This document shows positions 22,460-32,716 of a stretch of DNA of 32,716 bases, piece after piece. Origin of the DNA: Chiloscyllium plagiosum (lineage: Eukaryota). Made by a program: the position numbers and the translations under genes. The stretch's first letter is position 1. Every line of letters begins with the position of its first letter. The notes under the pieces were generated by a model. The model made no database searches. It was not told the DNA's origin and saw nothing but the letters and a program-made list of their open reading frames with translations. The stretch lies in contig NW_025214213.1 of assembly GCF_004010195.1 (NCBI RefSeq), positions 7,607 through 40,322 on the forward strand, written 5' to 3'.

Positions 22460-25227
22460 ACACGTTAGTTTGAAGGGTGTCTACTTCAACGCCAGGAGCA
22501 TCCGGCATAAGGTAGGTGAACTTGCAGCATGGGTTGGTACCTGGGACTTCGATGTTGTGGCCATTTCGGAGATATGGATGAAGCAGGGAACAGTAATGGT
22601 TGTTGCAGGTTCCAGGATTTGGATGTTTCAGTAAGAACAGTGAAGATGGTAAAACAGGAGGAGGTGTGGCATTGTTGGTCAAGGACAGTGTTACAGTTGC
22701 AGAAAGGCTGTTTGGGGACTCGTCAACTGAGGTAGTATGGGCTGAGATTAGAAGCAGGAAAGGAGCGGTCACCCTGTTGGGAATTTTACATAGGCCTCCG
22801 AATAGCTCCAGAGATGTAGATAAAAGGATAGCAAAGATGATTCTCAATGGGAGTGAGAGAGACAGGGTAGTTGTCATGGGGGACATCAACTTTCCAAATA
22901 TTGACTGGAAACAGTCGAGTATTATAGATGGGTCAGTTTTTGTCCAGTGTGTGCAGGAGGGCTTCCTGACACAGTATGTGGACAGGCCAATAAGGGGTGA
23001 AGCCACATTAGATTTGGTCCTGGGTAATGAGCCCGGCCAGGTGTCAGACTTCGAAGTAGGTGAGCACTTTGGTGATAGCGATCACAATTCTGTTATGATT
23101 ACTTTAGTGATAGAAAGGGATAGGTGTATACCATTGGGCAAGAGTTACAGCTGGGGCAAAGGCAATTACGATGCGATTAGGCAAAATTTAGGCACCATAG
23201 GATGGGGAAGCAAACTGCAGGGGATGGGCACATTCGAAATGTGGAGCTTATTCAAGGAAAAGCTCCGGTGTGTCCGAGGTAAGTATGTTCCTATCAGACA
23301 GGGGTTGACGGGGGGGCAGCCGTGGTTTACGAAGGAAGTGGAATCTCTGGTCAAGATGAAGAAGAAGGCATGTGGTATGATGAGATGTGAAGGCTAAGTT
23401 ATGGCGCTTGAGGGTTACAAGGTAGCCAGAAAAGATCTAAAGAGAGAGCTCAAAAGAGCCAAGAGGGGACATGAGACGTTTTTGCCGGATAGGATCAGGG
23501 TAAACCCTAAGGCATTCTATAGGTATTTCAGGAATAAAAGAACAGGAATAAAAGAATGACGAGAGTAAGATTAGGGCCAATCAAGGATAGCAGTGGGAAG
23601 TTGTGTATGGAGTCAGAGGAGATGGGGAAGCACTTAATGAATATTTTTCGACAGTATTCACTCTAGAAAACGAGAATGCTGTCGAGGAGGATACTGAGAT
23701 ACAGGCTATTAGACTCGGTGTCATTGACGTTCACAAGGAAGATGCATTAGAAATCCTGTAGAGTGTGACAATAGATAAGTCCCCTGAACAGGATGGGATT
23801 TATCCTAGGATACTCTGGGAAGCCAGGGAGGAGATTGCCGAGCCTTTGGCATTGATCTTTAAATCGTCATTGTCGACAGGAATAGTGCCAGAAGACTGGA
23901 GGATAGCAAATGTGGTTCCCCTGTTCAAGAAGAGGAGTAGACAACCCTGGTAATTATAGACCAGTGAGCCTCACTTCAGGTGTCGGTAAAGTGTTGGAAA
24001 AAGTGATAAGAGATAGGATTTATAATCATCTAGTAAAGAATAATTTGATTATGGATAGTCAGCACGGTTTTGTGAAGGGTAGGTCATGCCTCACAAACCT
24101 TATTGAGTTCTTTGAGAAGGTGACCAAACAGGTAGATGAGAGTAAACTGGTTGATGTAGTGTATATGGATTTCAGCAAGGCGTTCGATAGGGTTCCCCAC
24201 AGTCGGCTGTTGTACAAAAAGCGGAGGAATGGGATTGTGGGAGATATAGCAGTTTGGCTCAGTAATTGGCTTGCTGAAAGAAGACAGAGTGTGGCGGTTG
24301 ATTGGAAACGTTCATCCTGGAGTCAAGTGGTGTACCGCAAGCGTCGGTGTTGGGTCCACTGCTGTTCGTTATATTTATAAACGACCTGGATGAAGGCGTA
24401 GAAGGGTGGGTTAGTAAGATTGCAGACGACACTAAGGTCGGTGGAGTTGAGGATCGTGACGAAGGATGTTGTAGGTTACGGAGAGACATAGATAAACTAC
24501 AGAGCTAGGCTGAGAGGTGGCAAATGGAGTTTAATGCGGGCAAGTGTGAGGTGATTCACTTTGGTCGGAGTAACCGGAATGCAAAGTACTGGGCAAATGG
24601 TAAGATTCTTGGTAGTGTAGATGAGTAGAGACATCTCGGTGTCCATGTGCTCAGATCCTTGAAAGTTGCCACCCAGGTTGACGGGGTTGTTTAGAAGGCA
24701 CACAGTGTTTATTAATAGAGGGATCGAGTTCCGGAACCATGTGGTTATGCTGCAGATGTACAAACTCTGGTGCTTCTGTACTTGGAGTATTGTGTACAGT
24801 TCTGGTCACCGCATTATAAGAAGAATGTGGAATCTTTGGAAAGGGTGCAGAAGAGATTTAATAGGATGTTGCCTGGTATGGAGGGAAGGTCTCATGAGAA
24901 AAGGCTGAGGGATTTGAGAGGCTGTTTTCGTTAGAGTGAAGACGTTTGAGAGGTGACTTAATAGAGACATATAAGATAATCAGAGGGTTAGATAGGGAGG
25001 AAAGGGAGAGCCTTTTTCCAAGTATGGTGACAGCGAGCACGAGGGGGCATAGCTTTAAATTGAGGGGTGATAGATATAGGACAGATGTCAGAGGTAGTAT
25101 CTTTACTCAGAGAGGAGTAAAGGTATGGAATGCTTTGCCTGCAATGGTAGTAGATTCGCCAACTTTAAGTACATTTAAGTCGTCATTTGACAAGCATATG
25201 GACGTACTTGGAATAGTGCAGGTTTGA
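22460..25227 (+). pseudogene. LINE ORF2 (APE endonuclease plus reverse transcriptase), disrupted
   Basis: ORF-track fragments 22600-23397, 23765-23953, 23910-24380, 24302-24508 and 24946-25227 tile a CR1 ORF2 across different frames. Confidence 0.9.
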
Positions 25228-25319
25228 TGGGCTTCAGATTGGTACGACAGGTCGGCGCAATATCGAGGGCCGAAGGGCCTGTACTGCGCTGTAATGTTCT
25301 ATATTCTATATTCTATTCT

Positions 25320-25834
25320 GACGAGCACAGCTCGTGTGCCCATCCTGACACTTTTCTTCAAGCAACAGCCTGTGGCCACATATCCACACTGTATTCCTAA
25401 CAATGGTCTGTTAACCTATCTCCAATCCATTCCCGTAGCAACGGCCCATGAACCCATTCCCAATCTGTTCCCTTTGCATCGGCCGATGACTCCACACCCA
25501 ACCTCTCTTCCTTGCATCGGCCTGTTAACATATATCAACTTTCTTCTCCTGGTATTACCTGAAAACTCATGCTCACACTTTTTCCTCAGCAACGGCCCGC
25601 GAACCCATTCCCACTCTTGTGCACTAGCAATAGCCTGTCAACCCATCCACACTTTGCTCTCATAAGAAAAGTCTGTTGATCAGTCCCGATACTGTTCCGC
25701 AAGCTGTGCTCTATGAAGCAATTCCCACTGTGTTCCCGTAACATCTACCTGTGATCCAAATGTCTACTCTGCTTTCCTAGCAACAGTCTGTGAAACCATC
25801 CCACTCGGTTCTTCCAGCAACGGCCTGTTAACCC
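25320..25834 (+). repeat. Satellite B, block 3
   Basis: Same 38-bp periodic unit. Confidence 0.9.
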
Positions 25835-27134
25835 GGGCGGGGAAGGTGCCAACAATTCTGGAAAGTGTGGAAAAGATAAGTCCCATAGGTCGGATGAGAT
25901 GTGTCTTCGGATGTTTTGGGAAGACAGGGAGGGAATTGCAGAGCTTTTGGCTTTGATCTTTGTGTCGTCATTGTCTACATGAATTGTGCCAGAAGACTGG
26001 AGAATAGTAAAAGTTGTCTCCTTCTTCAAGATTGCGAGTAGAGAACACCCCGTAAAAAATAGGACAAAGAGCCTTAATTCAGTTGTGGTTAAAGGTTATA
26101 AGAGACAGGAAATATAGTTAAATAGATATGAATAAGTTGATTAGGGATAGTCAATATGGTTTTGTGAAGGGTTGGTCGTGACTCACAAAGATTATTGATT
26201 TATTTGAGAAGGTGACCAAATAAGTGGATGAGGGAAAAGCAATTGATGTGATGTGTATGGAATTCAAGAAGTGTGTTTGGGAAGGTACCCCACGGTAAGC
26301 TATTGCACAAGATACGGAGGCATGGGATTGGGGGTGATTTAACGGTTTGGATTAGACTTTGTCAAGCTGAAAGAAGACAGAGGGCGTTGGTTGATGGGTA
26401 CTAATAATCCTGGAGTTCAGTTACTCGTGGTGTACTGGAAGGATCTGTTTTGTATCCACTGCTGCTTGCTACTTATATAAATGACCTGGATGAGGGCGTT
26501 GAATAATGTGTTCGGGAATTTGCAGATGACACGAAGGTCGGTGGATTTGTGAATACTGCTGAAGAATGTCGCAGGTTACAGAGAGAAAGAGATAAGCTGC
26601 AGATCTGGGTTGCACTTTCTGCATTGCGTGCAGTTCTGGTCACCGCATTATAGAAAGCACATAGAGGCTTTGGAAAGGGTGCAGAAGAGATTTAGCACGA
26701 TGCTGCCTGGTATGGAGGGAAGGTCTTGGGAGGAAACGCTGAGGAACATCAGGCTATTTTAGTTAAAGAGAAGGTTGAGAGGTGACTTAACAGAGATCTC
26801 TAAGATAATCAGAGGGTAGATTGGGTAGGTAGTGAAAACCTTTTTCCTTGGATGGCGAAGTCTAGCATGAGGGGACATAGCTTTAACTTGAGGGTTGGTC
26901 GATATAGGGCAGATGCCAATGTTAGTATGATTACTCAGAGCGGAGTTGGGATGTGGAACGCCCTGCCTGCAACAGTAAAGACTCGTACACTTCAACGGCA
27001 TTTAAAGGGTTAATACGTAACGATATAAGTGAAATCGAATAGAGTAGGTGAGATGACGTTAAATTAGTTCCACATTATGGCTCAACATTGGGGCCAAAGA
27101 AACTATCCTGCGTTGTAATGTTCTATGTTCTATG
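25835..27134 (+). mobile_element. 5'-truncated, internally deleted CR1-clade LINE (RT plus 3' UTR), tail class (TGTTCTA)n
   Basis: Aligns by eye to about 23735-25319; TTTGCAGATGAC (FADD) near 26519; tail ATGTTCTATGTTCTATG; 6-bp TSD TAACCC (25829-25834 and 27135-27140), with satellite phase preserved. Confidence 0.92.
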
Positions 27135-30100
27135 TAACCCAACCCCACTATTTTCGCCACCAACATTCTCTAGACCCATCCCCATTCTGTTCCTGGAGCA
27201 TTGCGTGTGAACCCGTCCCCTCTCTCTTACCCTATCAACGCCTGTGAACCCATCCCTAATCTGTTTCCCTAGCAATGCCTGTAAACCAATCCCCACTTTT
27301 CCCCGAGAAACTGCGTGTGAAACAATGCCTGCTGTGTTCCCCAAGCAACAGCCTGTCAACACATCCCCTTCTTTGTTTCCCTTGTGACAGTTTCTAAACC
27401 AATGCCCGATCTGTTACCCAAGAAACAGCCTGTGAACACATCCCCCACACTGTTGCCAAGGCTATAGGTTACGGGTCCATTCCCATCGGTACCCCCCAAC
27501 CACCATCTGTGAACATATGCCCCCCTCTGTTCCCCGAGAAACTGTGAATCCAATCACACTCTCATTCCCTGGTTATTAACTGTTAACCTGTCTCGTCTCA
27601 GCAACATGTCACCACTCTTTTTCCCTAACAACTGCAATTGAACCCATTCCTGCTCATGTTCCCAAAGTAACAGCCTATGACACAATCCTCTTATTCTTCT
27701 TTTGGCAACAGCGTGTGACCCCATCCACAATCTGTACCCCTACCAAAAGCCTGTGTCCCCAAACTTAATCTGATCTCCCAGCAACCTCCTGTCGTCCGAT
27801 TCCCACTCCAAGCAAAGGCCTGTGACATCGCAGCCACACTCTGTCCCAGCAATGTTCTGTGATCCCATCTCCAATCCATTCCTGCAGCAATTGCCTATTA
27901 ACCAATTCCAACTCCGTTCTCCGAACAACTTTCTGTTAAACTGTCTATACTCTTCTCCCCGCAATTGCCTCTGAAACTATAACCACAGTATTCTCCTAAA
28001 CGCACCCTGTGAATACATCCCCACTCATTGCTCCGAGCTAAATCAATATCCACTCTGTTATGTTCGCAAAGCCTTTGAACCCATCCCACAATTTGCCGAG
28101 TGGCTAACTGTGAAATCTTTCCTGCTCCGTTCCCAAAGCAACAGCCTGTGGCCCGATTCCCCAATCCACTTTTTTTCCCAGGCAACAGCCTGTGGACATA
28201 TTCACACACAATTCTACCAGCAACAGCCTGTGAATCCAGTCCCACTCAGTTCTCCTAGTAAAAGCCTGTAACCACAATATTAGCCTCTTCTTGCAGCAAC
28301 TGCCTCTGAATCGTTCCCACAGCAACGCTTGTGAGCACATTCCCAATTGGTCCTCCTGGAACTGCCTGTGAAACCAATCTCGCTCTGTTGCCTAAGCAAC
28401 AGCCCGTGACCCCATCATCCACTCTACTTCCCTGGCAACAGTGTGTGACCCCATCCCCACTTGTTCTCCTGGCAAATGTCTGTGAAGCCGTTTCCTCTTT
28501 ACTCTCCTCCAAACGGTCTGTCATCCACAATGTACACCTAGCACTAGCTTGAGAACTCCTCCACATCCATTATCGTAGTGATTCACTGTGAAACAATGCT
28601 CACACTGTTCTCCTAGCAACGTGCTTTAATCCCATCCACACTCTGCCCTGCTAGCAACGAACTTTGGTCCCATTCTCTACCTCTCCCTATAAACGTCTGT
28701 GAATCCATTAACAGAGTATTCTCCGAGCCAAGTCCCGTGAACATTTCCCCATTCAGTTCTCCTCGCAACGGCCTGTGAAACGGTAGTCACGCTCTACTCC
28801 GAGCAACGCTTGTGAACTCATACTCACTATGTTACCCACGCAAATGAATGTGATACCATTCCCGCTCTGTTTGTTAAGCAACAGTCTCAAATACCATGCC
28901 CCAATTTGTTACCCTAACAAAATACTGTGAACCTATTCCAACGCTGTTCTACCGCCAACGTCCTGTGACCACATCCCAGCTGTGTACCACTAAGAACGGC
29001 CTGTGACCTCAATCCTACTCTGTACAATTCCAATGGCCTGTGATCTCAAGTTGTGACTGCTCTCCCAACAACAGACTGTGAACCCATTCCCAATCTGAAC
29101 TCCTAGAAACTGCTTATGAAGGTATCTCCAAACATTTCTCCTGCAACTGCCTGTGAAACAATGCCCACTATGTTATACAAGTTGTAACCTCTAACTCTCA
29201 CTCTGTTGCCCTCGCAACATCTTGTCAATCCATGCCCGATGTGTTTCCCACGCAACAGCCTGTGATCCCAGCCCTCACATTATTATGCTGGCAATAGCTT
29301 GTGAATCCATCCCCAACTGTACCCTTAACAACGGCCTGTGAATCCAAGCAGTCACCTGTAAACCAATCCCCTCGCTGTACAGCGAACAGTGGTCTATGAA
29401 TTCAACCACACTCTGTTTTCCTGGCAACTGACAGTTAACTTATCTCAAATCTGTTCTCCCTGCTACCTCCTGTAAACCAATCAACATTCTGTTCTTCTCG
29501 CAACTGCCTGTGAACATATTGCTGCTCTATTCTCTGAGCAACATCATATCGCACCAAGCTCACACTATTCCACTCACAATGGCCGTGACCCGATTCCCAA
29601 TCCATACTCCTACCAACAGCTTGTGTCCCCAATCTTAGTCTGTTCTCCCATCCACCGTCTGCGAACCAATTCCCAATCTGTTCTCATAGCAACGGCCTGT
29701 GACACCCTGGTCACATTGCGACGAACAGTGGTCTGTGAACCCATCTCCAAACCTTTACTGTAGCAATTGCCAGTGAACTAATTCCAACTCTGTTCTCCAG
29801 GCAACTTTCTGTGAAACTAGTCCTACTGTATTCGGCAAGCAAATGCCTGTGAACCCACCACTACAGTGTTCTCCAAGTCACGTCCAGTGAACACATCCCC
29901 ACACATCTCTCCGAGGAACAGCCTGTGAAACAATATCCAGTCCATTCCCCTAGCAACACCTGTGAGCCCTTCCCCACACCTTTCCCTGAGCAACTATATG
30001 TGAAACCATTCCTGCTCTGTTCCCAAAGCAACAGACTGTGGTCCGATCCCCCACTCACTGTTTTTCTCTGGCAAAAGCCGATCAACACATCTGCACACTG

Positions 30101-31878
30101 TTGTCTCAACAACGGCCTGTGACCCCAGTCACAGTCTGTACCCCTAGCAACAACATGTAACCACAATCTTAGACTGTTCTCACAGCAACTTCCTCTGAAA
30201 TATGCCATTCTGTTCCCGAGCATCGCTTGTGTCCCCACCCTCCACTCTGTTGCCTGGCAACAGCCTGACACCCCATCACACCTCTGTTATTCCAGTAAAT
30301 GCCTGTGAATCCATCACCAAAGTATCCTCCCAGCCACGTCCTCCAAACATATCCCCATTCCATTCTTCCTGCATCGGCTTGTCAACCAATCCCACTCGCT
30401 TCTCCATGCGACGCCTATGAGGCCATCCTCACTCTGTTCTGCTAGCAACTTCCTGTGAAACCATTCTCCCTCTGTTCCGTTAGCACCAGACTGTGACTAC
30501 ATCCCCCACTCTTTTACCCAACAAAAGCCTGAAAATCCATCTTTCAGTGTTTCTACTGGCAACTTCCTGTGACTGCACAAATACCGTTTATCCCTACCAG
30601 CGGCCTGTGACGCCAACACTACTCTGCAGCAATGTCAACAGCCTGTGATCTCAGGCTCAGTCTGTTCTCCCAGCAACAGACTGTGAACTCATTTCCATTC
30701 TGATCTCCTATTAACTGCCTTGGAACTAATCTCCACACTTTTCTCCAGCAACGGCCTGTGAAGCCATTCCTAATCTGTGCCTTTATCAATGCCAGTGAAC
30801 CCATCCACACTCTCCATGCTTAGCAATGACTGTGAACCTATCCCCACTACATTCCCCAAGCAACTAACTGTGAAAGCATTCCTGCTCTATTCCCCTAACA
30901 ACTGTGACTGAAACTCTGTTCCCAAAGCAACCGACTGTGAACCCAGTTCCCACTATTCTACAAGAAATGTGGACTGTGATTCTATCCCCACTCTGTGCCC
31001 TAACAATGGCCTCTGACCACAACACGAGTCTGTTTTCCCAGACACCATCTGTGAAAGATATCCCACTGTGTTGTCTTCGGAACGGCCTGTGAACCCATAA
31101 CCACAATATAACCAACGCAATGGACTGGGAACACACCTCCAATCCATTCCCGCAGCAATTGCCTGTGAACCAATGCCAACTCTATTTTCCAGGCAACGTT
31201 CTGTGAAACTATCTCCACTCTCTTCTCCCAGCAATGGCCTGTGAACATATAATCACAGTATTCTCCTAGCTCGGCCCTGTGAACTGATCCCCAATCGGTT
31301 CACCTCGCAACAACCTGTGAAACAATCCCCACTGTTCTGCCTGTGATTGCAACCCCGCTCTGTACCCCTAGCAACAGCCCGTAAACCCAACCATAGCCTG
31401 TTCTCCCAGCAACTGCCTCTGAACTCATGCGCATTCTGTTCCCCTAGAAACATCTTTGAACCCATCCGCACTAGGTTCTCCCAGCAACTGCTTGTTACCC
31501 AATCTCAATCTATTCTCCAGGCAACGGCTTGTGAAACAATACCCATACTGTTTCCTCTGCAATGGCCTGTGTTACCATTGCCACTGTATTTCCCTAGCAA
31601 TGCCGTATGAAAATGTTCCCACGCCCTACCCCATCAACTACGTGTTAACTGGTCCCCACTCTGTTGACTTCGTAACTTCTTGGAAACCCATCTTCGTTCT
31701 GCTTCCAAAGCATCAGCCTAGAGACAGCCTCCGTACCAACCTACTCACTGTTTCTACGGTATCGCGCTATGATACAGACCACCCCTCTGCTTCCCCAGAA
31801 ATACCTACGATCCGTTTCCTCTGCATTTTCCTCATAAACTTCTGTGATCTCATCCCCACTCTGTTGCCAAAGCAACAG
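27135..31878 (+). repeat. Satellite B, block 4 (longest; shows higher-order duplication)
   Basis: Consecutive 38-bp units, e.g. GCAACAGCCTGTGGACATATTCACACACAATTCTACCA (28182) and GCAACAGCCTGTGAATCCAGTCCCACTCAGTTCTCCTA (28220). Confidence 0.93.
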
Positions 31879-32716
31879 TGTGAGAGAGTGTGAGAGTGAG
31901 AGAGTGAGAGAGTGAGTGTGTGAGAGTGTGAGAGTGTGCGAGTGAGAGAGTGAGAGAGTGAGAGAGTGAGTGTGAGAGTGTGAGAGTGAGAGAGTGAGTG
32001 AGAGACAGAGTGAGAGTGTGAGAGTGTAAGAGTGAGAGTGTGAGCAAGTGAGCAAGAGTGCAAGCGAGAGTGAATGAGTGAAAGTGAGAATGAGAGTGAG
32101 CGAGCGAGACAGAATGTGAGCGAGTGAGTGTGTGAGAGTGTGAGTGAAAGTGTGAGAGAATGAGTGTGAGAGTGTGAGAGAATGAGTGTGAGAGCGTGAG
32201 AATGAGTGTGAGAGTGAGAGAGAATGAGTGTGCCTGAGAGCTTGAATGATTGTGAGTGAGCGTGAGAGAGTGTGTGTGAGAGTGAGTGTGCGTANNNNNN
32301 NNNNNNNNNNNNNNNNNGTGAGAGAGTGAGAGTGTGAGAGTGTGAGAGTGAGAGTGTGCGAGTGTGCGAGTGAGAGAGTGTAGAGTGTGAGAGAGTGAGA
32401 CAGTGAGAGTGAGAGGGTGAGAGGGTGAGAGAGTGAGAGTGTGAGAGTGTGAGAGTGTGCGAGTGAGCGAGTGAGAGAGTGAGCGAGTGAGCGAGTGAGA
32501 GATTGAGAGAGTGAGAGTGTGAGAGAGTGAGAGTGTGAGAGTGTGAGTTGTGAGAGTGTGAGAGTGTGAGAGTGTGAGACAGAGAGACAGTGAGAGTGTG
32601 AGAGTGAGAGTTGTGAGAGAGTGACAGAGAGACAGTGAGAGTGTGAGAGTGAGAGTTGTGAGAGAGTGAGAGTGTGAGAGTGAGAGTTGTGAGAGTGTGA
32701 GAGTGTGAGAGAGTGA
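31879..32716 (+). repeat. Low-complexity compound microsatellite (GAGAGT / GAGAGTGT / GAGT)n
   Basis: Almost entirely GA and GT dinucleotides up to the window end. Confidence 0.95.
32295..32317. other. Assembly gap (23 N)
   Basis: Run of 23 N inside the simple repeat. Confidence 0.99.

Larger units (their letters stand above)
21738..25319 (+). mobile_element. CR1-clade LINE, most complete copy in the window (ORF1 esterase domain, ORF2 APE-RT, 3' UTR), tail class (TGTTCTA)n; inactivated
   Basis: ORF1 GDSIVRG and VHIGTND; ORF2 GGGVALLV, MGDINFPNIDW, GDSDHN, PGNYRPVSLTS, YMDFSKAFDRVPH and KIADDTK; stops and frameshifts; tail ATGTTCTATATTCTATATTCTATTCT. Confidence 0.95.

Noticed and set aside
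22600..23397. 265-aa endonuclease ORF as an intact or domesticated gene
   Set aside because: Fragment of LINE ORF2 lacking its N-terminus through a frameshift and ending at a premature stop; no evidence of selection visible.
2297..27134. LINE orientation following the G-rich satellite strand
   Set aside because: Holds for 5 of 7 copies only, which is not distinguishable from chance.
31620..31840. Apparently unique sequence near the end of satellite B
   Set aside because: Still shows remnants of the 38-bp unit (CCCCACTCTGTT, GAAACCCATC); best read as highly decayed edge monomers.
11046..31878. Immunoglobulin RSS or switch-region array (CACTCTG/CACTGTG motifs, strand skew)
   Set aside because: No nonamer at 12/23 spacing was seen, there are no V, J or C exons, and there is no AGCT-dense repeat.
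31741..32063. His/Ser/Leu/Thr-rich minus-strand ORFs
   Set aside because: Translation of the GA/GT microsatellite.

Overview
Eukaryotic, gene-free, repeat-only window, almost certainly from an elasmobranch (shark/ray). This assignment rests on HE1-type V-SINEs and HER1/CR1-clade LINEs; a carpet shark is my unverified guess. The backbone is two highly diverged tandem arrays that meet abruptly at about 11047: satellite A (31-33 bp unit, G-rich on +, 1-11047) and satellite B (38 bp unit, C-rich on +, 11046-31878). Inserted in them are seven decayed CR1-like LINE copies in four 3'-tail classes, three tRNA-derived SINEs (each nested antisense inside a LINE), and a 100-bp Penelope-like fragment with a 15-bp target-site duplication (TSD) and a minimal hammerhead-ribozyme motif. 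The window ends in a GA/GT simple repeat with a 23-N gap. No intact protein-coding gene is supported: the ORF track consists of LINE remnants and repeat-derived chance ORFs. Most notable are the hammerhead motif whose stem I appears to be completed by target DNA, a head-to-head pair of different LINEs at one in-phase satellite site, the inverted A/B junction between possibly related monomers, and higher-order structure in satellite B. Consensus sequences and alignments were done by eye, and boundaries without a TSD are approximate to a few bases.
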